This document shows positions 57,421 to 64,000 of a stretch of DNA of 64,000 nucleotides, one piece after another. Below the pieces are notes generated by a model, which saw nothing but the letters and a program-made list of their open reading frames with translations, ran no database searches and had not been told where the DNA came from. Source of the stretch: a virus. Taxonomy: Duplodnaviria > Caudoviricetes. Location: positions 128,001 to 192,000 of the IMG/VR virus record IMGVR_UViG_3300031857_023573. One strand, 5' to 3'. The position numbers and the translations under genes are program-made. How positions within the stretch are numbered: position 1 is the first letter of the stretch; every line of letters starts with the position of its first letter.

Positions 57421-58465
57421 AATTCTCTGATTCTTTTAGAGACATTAGAATTTCCCTCTCATTATCATTAATTTGTTGAGGAACTTTCAAATTCATTTTA
57501 ATGAATAAATCTCCTGTTTGACTATTGAAATTTAAGTCGGGTACTCCTTTTCCAGTAACTCTGAGCACTTTTCCGTGAGTTGTTCCTGGTTGAACAGAGA
57601 ATTTGATATCACCTTGAGGTGTTTTCAAGAAAACTTCTTTTCCTAGAATAGCATCGACAATATTGATATCTTGTTCATAGACAAGATTATTATTCTCTCT
57701 CTTGAAATTTTGATCTGGAATTTCTTCTACGGTGACTAGAAGATCACCCGGTATACCACCTTTCACAGCATTTCCAAACTGATTTAAATTAAATGTTGCC
57801 CCATTAAATGATCCTTTTGGTATTTGAATATCTACGGTTTCTTCTTTTGGTATAACACCTTCTCCTCTACAGTTATTGCAGTTTGTTCTTACAATTTGTC
57901 CAGCTCCGTTGCAAGAATTACAAACAACTATTTGTTGAATTACACCAAATGGTGTATTTTGAACAATTTTTCTTTGACCAGAACCATGGCATACTCCACA
58001 AGTGGTTAAATCTTTTCCTCCGACACCATCACACATTGTGCAACTGGTGTGTCTGTTGTATTTAACTTTTTTTGAAAGACCGTTTATTACATCTTGTAAA
58101 GTAACGGTAACTTTCACTCTTAGATCTTGACCTTTTCTAGTCTGTGGTCTTTGACGGCCTCCTCCGCCAAATCCAAAAAAGTCTCCAAATCTAGAGAATA
58201 TATCATCCATACCAAATCCAGAGAACGGATTGCCTCCTCCGTGATTATCACCAACTGTTCCATAAGTATCATATTGTTGTTTTTTCTGAGGATTTGACAA
58301 AACGTCAAATGCCTCAGCACACTCTTTGAACTTTTCTTCAGATTGAGCGTCTCCAGGATTTTTATCTGGATGATATTTCATAGCTTGTTTTCTATAAGCC
58401 TTTTTAATATCATCAGCAGATGCTGATCTGTCAACTTCTAATATTTGATAGTAATCTTTACTCAT
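57413..58465 (-). CDS. dnaJ: Canonical type I DnaJ chaperone
   Basis: J domain with HPD, G/F region ([10 protein letters not shown]), four CxxCxGxG repeats, full C-terminal domains. Confidence 0.95.
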   Translation of the reverse strand: MSKDYYQILEVDRSASADDIKKAYRKQAMKYHPDKNPGDAQSEEKFKECAEAFDVLSNPQKKQQYDTYGTVGDNHGGGNPFSGFGMDDIFSRFGDFFGFGGGGRQRPQTRKGQDLRVKVTVTLQDVINGLSKKVKYNRHTSCTMCDGVGGKDLTTCGVCHGSGQRKIVQNTPFGVIQQIVVCNSCNGAGQIVRTNCNNCRGEGVIPKEETVDIQIPKGSFNGATFNLNQFGNAVKGGIPGDLLVTVEEIPDQNFKRENNNLVYEQDINIVDAILGKEVFLKTPQGDIKFSVQPGTTHGKVLRVTGKGVPDLNFNSQTGDLFIKMNLKVPQQINDNEREILMSLKESENFN

Positions 58466-58506
58466 ATTATAAACTTTTTATTAAATTTTATTCAAAAACT
58501 ATACCA

Positions 58507-59067
58507 TTATAGACCTAAATGATTATTGAGTTTAGTATCTCTTATTTCACTTTGAATATCACTATTGGTCTTCTCTAAGGCATATTTTAATTTCCCTGCA
58601 ACATAATTTTCAACTATTAGTGTCATTATTTCAGTAGTTGAGTCTAAATTTTCAAAGTCATTTAGTGCCTTTGAATTCTTTTTAAACTTATCAGATAGTT
58701 CTGTTAGGAATTCTTCTAAGTTAAATTGTAACTGATAGAGTTCGAGTCGTAAGTCTTTTACAGTTTTTAAATACTGGTTTGTAGGATTGAATAATCCGGG
58801 TAAATCTATAAAAAATTTAGAATAAACTTTTCTTACAGTGGGTAAGACATATTCGAGTCTATTATTTCCTTCTGGATTTATCTCAGTTTTATTTATTGTT
58901 TTAGTAAATAACTTATGTTCAAAAAGTCTGTAATGAGTATTAATTGTTTCTTTAAAGAACTTTCTCAGAGAGATCGAATCTTGCTCGTTTTTTAATCCTC
59001 TTAATAGTGTATCTAATAAAACAACATTATCTAAATCTTTAAGTGATTTTGGATTTGAAAAAATCAT
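58507..59067 (-). CDS. Hypothetical protein with C-terminal IRDTKLNNHL motif
   Basis: 186 aa; lies between grpE and dnaJ. Confidence 0.65.
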   Translation of the reverse strand: MIFSNPKSLKDLDNVVLLDTLLRGLKNEQDSISLRKFFKETINTHYRLFEHKLFTKTINKTEINPEGNNRLEYVLPTVRKVYSKFFIDLPGLFNPTNQYLKTVKDLRLELYQLQFNLEEFLTELSDKFKKNSKALNDFENLDSTTEIMTLIVENYVAGKLKYALEKTNSDIQSEIRDTKLNNHLGL

Positions 59068-59567
59068 TTAGATAGTATAATTTTTGGATATCTAAAAGGT
59101 TTCCCATCTATTGTATACCCTTTAGATATAACATCAATTATTTTTTCCTCACCGGTTTCTAGAACTGATATTACTTCGTGTAAATCGGAATCATAAGTCT
59201 CGGTTTGAATTTCCTCAATTCCTTCATTTTTAAGAAACGTACTAACTTTATTTAAGATAATATTTAATCCTTCTGAGTCAGAGATAGATTTTCTAGCAAT
59301 AGATAGGTCGGAATCTAAATCTAAAATTGAGTTAAGTGTTTTAATTTTAGTATTTAAAATAAGTTCACTTTTTTCTTTTTGAACTCTTTTTTTAAAATTT
59401 TCAAATTCAGCATAAAGTCTTACATAGGAATCATGTCCTTTTTTCTCTGCAAATTCATCAAGTAGGTCATTTAAAACTATTTCACTATCTTCTCCAAGTG
59501 AAATTTTGTAGACCATTTCTTCATCTTGTAGTAACTTTTTTTCTTTTAAAAATTCTTTTGTGTCCAT
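59064..59567 (-). CDS. grpE: Nucleotide exchange factor GrpE
   Basis: YVRLYAEFENFKKR, LHEVIS, DVISKGYTIDGKPFRYPKI. Confidence 0.88.
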   Translation of the reverse strand: MDTKEFLKEKKLLQDEEMVYKISLGEDSEIVLNDLLDEFAEKKGHDSYVRLYAEFENFKKRVQKEKSELILNTKIKTLNSILDLDSDLSIARKSISDSEGLNIILNKVSTFLKNEGIEEIQTETYDSDLHEVISVLETGEEKIIDVISKGYTIDGKPFRYPKIILSK

Positions 59568-59568
59568 A

Positions 59569-60054
59569 TTAATAATTAAATGATAGTAATTTTTTTACGT
59601 TATTTGATACAACGAATTCATAAGTTCCGAATTGATCTGAGACTTTAAATATCTCTAAATCTTCAATTTTAACTTTAAATTCTTCAATATAGTCGATTAA
59701 TTCTGTTAAAGACTTTTTATAGATAGCATCTGGTACCCAATAGTCTGGAAACTTATCTATGAATTTATCAACAAAAATCTCTAAAGTCTTTTTTCTTATT
59801 AGTACTTGTTGATTGTTGTTTATTGAACGATTTGATAAAAAATCTACTATATGTGTATTGAACTTATGAATTAAGTTATCTGTTTCAATAACTTTCAGTA
59901 TTCCAATTACAAGCGCATCTCTTTCAGAGATTTCTACTTCTTTGTTTTCCTTTAGGATCTTTTCACCTTCTTTGTCACTTCCAACTACATAGTAGACGAA
60001 ATGATCCCATACACATCTTCGCACTAAATCCTCAGGAAAAATTGTAATTTTCAT
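59569..60054 (-). CDS. Hypothetical protein
   Basis: ORF-track frame; ATG at 60054 (MKITIFPED) preferred. Confidence 0.6.
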   Translation of the reverse strand: MKITIFPEDLVRRCVWDHFVYYVVGSDKEGEKILKENKEVEISERDALVIGILKVIETDNLIHKFNTHIVDFLSNRSINNNQQVLIRKKTLEIFVDKFIDKFPDYWVPDAIYKKSLTELIDYIEEFKVKIEDLEIFKVSDQFGTYEFVVSNNVKKLLSFNY

Positions 60055-60217
60055 TCTTGAAATATATTTTATTTTTATAAGTAAAAATAGTGTCAAAGTT
60101 TATATTATACTGTCAAAAACAAAAACTAACTTTTTTTAAAAAATAACGTTTTTTAAATATAGAAATGGTATATATACGTTATTATAAAAAATAACAAAAA
60201 AATAACTATTTAATGAA

Positions 60218-60466
60218 TTGAAAGACCTCATCCAAACTGAGATTGACACACCTGACGGTGTCGCTCTACTTGAACAAATTTACATAACAGAACTAGGTCA
60301 CGTAATGGCGAGAGTTTATTATAAGAAAAAAGGAATCAGAATAAATAAACGATTGACAAATTTAGAGGAATTACTCCAAAATACCGGACTCAGTGTTAAA
60401 GATGAGGAAACAATGAAGTTAAAGAAGTTAAGAGCAAAAAGAGTTTACAAAACAACTTATGGCTGA
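60218..60466 (+). CDS. Hypothetical protein
   Basis: 82 aa, TTG start, preceded by GTATATATA. Confidence 0.55.
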   Translation: MKDLIQTEIDTPDGVALLEQIYITELGHVMARVYYKKKGIRINKRLTNLEELLQNTGLSVKDEETMKLKKLRAKRVYKTTYG

Positions 60467-60488
60467 CTGACAAATCAAAACTTAAACA

Positions 60489-60497
60489 TAATATATA
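60489..60497 (+). promoter_or_regulatory. Putative late-promoter motif TAATATATA
   Basis: Exact motif 21 nt upstream of ATG 60519. Confidence 0.45.
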
Positions 60498-60518
60498 CTT
60501 TAAATCACGAACTTGAAA

Positions 60519-61754
60519 ATGTATAAATTTAAGGAGTTTTTAATTGAAAAGTCTTTAGAGAGTTTGATTCTAGAATCTAGAATTTCATTTTCTAAAGACT
60601 TTTTTAGATTACTTTCTAGTATAAAAAATCCTCTTGCTAAAAAAATTCTTAAACTACAGGGTGAAGATATAGATACTACTTATAACTACATAGATATAAC
60701 TGATCAAAATGATATGGTTAGTTTCACACCAGATAGAAGAGCTCAAGATTTTATAAAAGACAAAGAAGAACTTTATGAGGTTGTAATGGATAATAAGTAT
60801 TTAACAAACTCTCAAAGTAATCAGTCCGTATTCGATAGACTTGGGCATGAAAGAGTAGAAAATGTATGGCAGCCAAGAATGGGCACTTTAGGAAAAATAG
60901 TATCAACTACTTATGGCAGCAGTGGTAAAATTTATGTACTATTTCAGGGTATAGGTGAAAATTCTGATAAAAAGACAGTTTTGAACTTTGTGGCTATCAA
61001 ACCAATAAATGAGGAGTTTGTTAAAATTTGGCAGACTTCAAGAAATAACATTAAAGTAGGTAGAATAATCAAGGCTCTTGTAAAGAGTTTAGATATTGAT
61101 GTTTCAGATTCAGAAATTGAAAAGTTTGTAAATGAATACAAATCTCTTATGGAGATTATGAAAGACGCATTTAAGAAATTTGATGTTGTTGAAGGTGATG
61201 ATATTGCTAGATTTTATAAAATCGAAAACTATGCTGATCAAAATAAAGGCACACTTGCCAACTCTTGTATGGCTGAGAGACCTGAAAGTACTTTCTACAT
61301 ATATGTGAATAATCCAGAATCTTGTAAACTTCTTGTACTATATGCAGATGGTGGTGAAGTAAAAGATGGGAAATACAAATCAAATAAAATTGTTGGAAGA
61401 GCAATTCTTTGGACCACTAGAAGTGGAGATAAATTCTTAGATAGAATCTATACAAATAATGATAGTGATGTGGATTTATTTAAAAAGTTTGCTCAAGAAA
61501 ACAATTGGTGGACTAAACAAAGACAAGACTCAAGTAACGAATTTAAAGTTGAAAGAGGTGGTGAATTAAAACCCGCTAAATTTATAGTTGATTTACAAAA
61601 ATGGGATGAAGAGTTTCCATATTTAGACTCACTTTCTTTCTTTAATCCAGTCACTGGTGAATTAAGTAATCAAGCGAGAACTATAAATGCAAAATGGGAA
61701 CTTCTTTCGACAAGCGGAGATTATAATGAATTATGGATTGAGGACGAAGACTAA
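60519..61754 (+). CDS. Hypothetical protein with N-terminal KFKEFLIE motif and a C-terminal SCM...GRAILW...DRIY domain
   Basis: ATG 60519 (or TTG 60513); no family can be assigned confidently. Confidence 0.65.
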   Translation: MYKFKEFLIEKSLESLILESRISFSKDFFRLLSSIKNPLAKKILKLQGEDIDTTYNYIDITDQNDMVSFTPDRRAQDFIKDKEELYEVVMDNKYLTNSQSNQSVFDRLGHERVENVWQPRMGTLGKIVSTTYGSSGKIYVLFQGIGENSDKKTVLNFVAIKPINEEFVKIWQTSRNNIKVGRIIKALVKSLDIDVSDSEIEKFVNEYKSLMEIMKDAFKKFDVVEGDDIARFYKIENYADQNKGTLANSCMAERPESTFYIYVNNPESCKLLVLYADGGEVKDGKYKSNKIVGRAILWTTRSGDKFLDRIYTNNDSDVDLFKKFAQENNWWTKQRQDSSNEFKVERGGELKPAKFIVDLQKWDEEFPYLDSLSFFNPVTGELSNQARTINAKWELLSTSGDYNELWIEDED

Positions 61755-62125
61755 TTATCTTTCATTAAAACCACTCCTCTGATTCTCAATATTAAGAATT
61801 CTTCAGTTCTACAGAAATAATCAATAGTAATAGATTTGTTAATTGGTCCTTCTTTTTTAGTGTCGTATTTAACAACTAGACTAGTAGTTTTATCTGGTTC
61901 AATTTCTAAAATTGGACAATTCACACTTACAATACTACCACTAGGTTTACACTGAAATATTACAATAGTAGTATCTGATGTGTTTTTTAAAGTGAAAGTT
62001 GATGAAATATCTTCTCCATATTTTACTTCACCAAAATCATAGACAAGTCTATCTGAAATCAGTGACTGGCTTTCACCAGTCACTGACACAAATAGAAAAA
62101 ATAACAAAGATAAAAATCTAAGCAT
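61751..62125 (-). CDS. DUF1573-like secreted Ig-fold protein
   Basis: Signal peptide; YDFGEV, FTLKNTSD, IEPDKTTSLVVKYDTKKEGPINKSITI. DUF1573 is common in Bacteroidota. Confidence 0.75.
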   Translation of the reverse strand: MLRFLSLLFFLFVSVTGESQSLISDRLVYDFGEVKYGEDISSTFTLKNTSDTTIVIFQCKPSGSIVSVNCPILEIEPDKTTSLVVKYDTKKEGPINKSITIDYFCRTEEFLILRIRGVVLMKDN

Positions 62126-62133
62126 TTTTGTTT

Positions 62134-64000
62134 TTATTTTACTTCTTCAAAAGCTACGTCTTCTGCTGCCTGTTCCTGTGGATTTTGACTCACTGGTTCT
62201 TCAGTCTGAGTTTGTGAGTAAAGTTTAGTAGAAATTTTACTCCAAACTTCATTCAATTTAGTCATTTGTTGGTCAATTAACTCTAAATTCTGTTCTTTAT
62301 GTGCAGTTTTTAGTTCATCCAAAACAGAATTTAATTCTGACTTATCTTCATCAGTCAACTTTTCTCCAAACTCTGACATTTGTTTTTCAGTTTGAAAAAT
62401 AATATTATCTGCCTGATTAAGCTTATCAATTTTTTCCTTTTCGATTCTATCGGATTCAGCATTTGCTTCAGCATCTGCTTTCATTCTTTCGATTTCTTCT
62501 TTAGAAAGCTGTGACCCACCTTCAATTCTGATTTTATTCTCTTTACCAGTTGCCTGATCTTTTGCAGTTACTGAAAGAATACCGTTAGCGTCGATATCAA
62601 TTGTACACTCAATCTTTGGAACACCACGAGGAGCTGACATGATACCATCTAGGTGGAATCGACCAAGTGATCGGTTATCACGAGACATTGGTCTTTCGCC
62701 TTGAAGTACGTGAATTTCTACAGATGGTTGGTTATCAGATGCAGTTGAGAAAACCTCTGATTTACGAGTTGGGATTGTTGTGTTGGCCTCAATCAATTTT
62801 GTAAAAACACCACCCATAGTTTCAATTCCAAGTGAAAGTGGAGTTACGTCGAGAAGGAGTACATCAGTAATATTACCAGTCAAAACTGCTCCTTGAATTG
62901 CTGCTCCAATTGCTACAACTTCGTCAGGATTAACCGATTTGTTTGGTTTTTTACCGAAGTTCTTTTCAATAGCTTCTTGAATTGATAGAATACGTGTAGA
63001 TCCGCCAACTAAGATAATTTCATCAATGTCTGCAGATTTAATGTTTGCTTTTTTCAAGGCTGTTTTTGCACATTCAATTGCTCTATCAACAAGTGATGAA
63101 GTCAATTGATCAAACTTTGAACGTGTAAGTTTCTTTACAAAGTGAAGTGGCATACCATCCTTAGCGGTAATATACGGAAGATTGATTTCGCTCTCTGTTG
63201 TAGAACTTAGTTCAATTTTAGCCTTTTCTGCGGCCTCTTTCAATCTTTGAAGAGCCATAGGATCTTTAGAAAGATCCATAGAGTTTTCTGATTTGAATTC
63301 ATCAACCATCCAGTTAATAATCGCGTTATCAAAGTCGTCACCACCAAGATGAACATCACCATCAGTAGATTTAACTTCAAATACACCATCTCCGATTTCA
63401 AGAACTGATACATCATGTGTACCACCGCCGCAGTCAAATACTAGGATTTTAGCGTCTTTATTTTTCTTGTCTAGACCATATGCCAAAGCCGCAGCTGTTG
63501 GTTCGTTGATGATACGTTCTACTTCAAGTCCAGCGATTTTGCCGGCTTCGATGGTAGCGGTTCTTTCGGCGTCTCCGAAGTAAGCTGGTACAGTAATAAC
63601 CGCTCTTTTTACCTCAAATCCAAGATAGTCTTCGGCGGTTTTCTTCATTTTCTGAAGAATCATAGCTGAAATTTCTTGAGGGGTATATTTTCTATCATCT
63701 ACTTCAACTGCCGGAACATTTGAGTCGGTAGATACTACTTTATAAGGTACTCGCTTAACTTCATCTTTACAGTTATTGAAATCTTTTCCAATAAATCTCT
63801 TAATTGAGTAAACTGTTTTTGTTGGATTGGTCACTGCTTGTCTTTTTGCAGGATCTCCAATTTTTCTGTCTTTGTCTGTGAATCCGACAACTGATGGAGT
63901 TGTACGTTTTCCCTCTGAATTACTGATGATAATTGGTTCACCATTTTCAACAACAGCTACCGCTGAGTTTGTGGTTCCAAGATCAATTCCTAAAATTACA
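62134..64000 (-). CDS. dnaK: Hsp70 chaperone DnaK (start just beyond the window edge)
   Basis: Frame is open to the edge: [12 protein letters not shown]...GKRTTPSVV; [16 protein letters not shown], linker [13 protein letters not shown]; C-terminus [10 protein letters not shown]. Confidence 0.97.
   Translation of the reverse strand, partial: VILGIDLGTTNSAVAVVENGEPIIISNSEGKRTTPSVVGFTDKDRKIGDPAKRQAVTNPTKTVYSIKRFIGKDFNNCKDEVKRVPYKVVSTDSNVPAVEVDDRKYTPQEISAMILQKMKKTAEDYLGFEVKRAVITVPAYFGDAERTATIEAGKIAGLEVERIINEPTAAALAYGLDKKNKDAKILVFDCGGGTHDVSVLEIGDGVFEVKSTDGDVHLGGDDFDNAIINWMVDEFKSENSMDLSKDPMALQRLKEAAEKAKIELSSTTESEINLPYITAKDGMPLHFVKKLTRSKFDQLTSSLVDRAIECAKTALKKANIKSADIDEIILVGGSTRILSIQEAIEKNFGKKPNKSVNPDEVVAIGAAIQGAVLTGNITDVLLLDVTPLSLGIETMGGVFTKLIEANTTIPTRKSEVFSTASDNQPSVEIHVLQGERPMSRDNRSLGRFHLDGIMSAPRGVPKIECTIDIDANGILSVTAKDQATGKENKIRIEGGSQLSKEEIERMKADAEANAESDRIEKEKIDKLNQADNIIFQTEKQMSEFGEKLTDEDKSELNSVLDELKTAHKEQNLELIDQQMTKLNEVWSKISTKLYSQTQTEEPVSQNPQEQAAEDVAFEEVK

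Noticed and set aside
1500-63437. Numerous 60-140-aa antisense or alternate-frame ORFs in the track (e.g. 1500-1841, 13952-14383, 41662-41892, 63240-63437)
   Set aside because: They lie wholly within longer, motif-supported genes and have no recognisable motifs; treated as shadow ORFs.
1-64000. Alternative genetic code (TAG/TGA reassignment), as seen in some huge phages
   Set aside because: Conserved genes (dnaK, clpC, nadE, guaC, dnaJ) are intact in code 11, coding density is high, and TAG and TGA both end plausible ORFs.
1-64000. Bacterial chromosome or eukaryotic giant-virus origin
   Set aside because: Chaperone and glycan genes are interleaved with T4-like neck, tail, SSB and gp46 genes. 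Chaperones and bS21 are bacterial-type and no NCLDV core genes are seen.
1-64000. CRISPR array or rRNA
   Set aside because: No regularly spaced repeat-spacer pattern or rRNA-like segment seen; intergenic gaps are too short.

Overview
AT-rich, gene-dense segment of a jumbo/huge tailed phage, distantly T4-like and most likely infecting a Bacteroidota host. No searches were run; all family assignments come from motifs read in the translations. Phage evidence: gp46/SbcC ATPase, gp32-like SSB, gp13-, gp14- and gp3-like neck/tail-completion proteins, and a free-standing homing endonuclease. Host evidence: Bacteroidota-type bS21, DnaK tail, DUF1573, a TTTG-N19-TAnnTTTG promoter, and no SD sites upstream of the genes checked. 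Layout: (1) 1-7.7 kb, 5'-truncated >2,570-aa pentapeptide-repeat, probably virion, protein; (2) 7.7-14.6 kb, minus-strand block with a truncated DnaJ, bS21, SbcC and a gp14-LamG fusion; (3) 14.7-24.2 kb, accessory/metabolic genes (peptidase, tRNA-CAT, lipoprotein, RmlC, CYTH, N-domain-less ClpC, NadE); (4) 24.3-40.9 kb, 20-gene co-directional glycan-synthesis island directly downstream of tail genes; (5) 41-54.4 kb, tail/neck genes, SSB, GuaC and small proteins sharing an N-terminal motif, one an Acb1-like 2H phosphoesterase; (6) 54.4-64 kb, homing endonuclease, GT2-TPR and dnaJ/grpE/dnaK. Best leads: a probable virion-glycosylation system, a T4-like capsid-targeting N-terminal tag on five proteins including a candidate packaged anti-defence enzyme, and a shared C-terminal (I/L)R(D/N)xKLxx(I/V/H)L tag on unrelated proteins.
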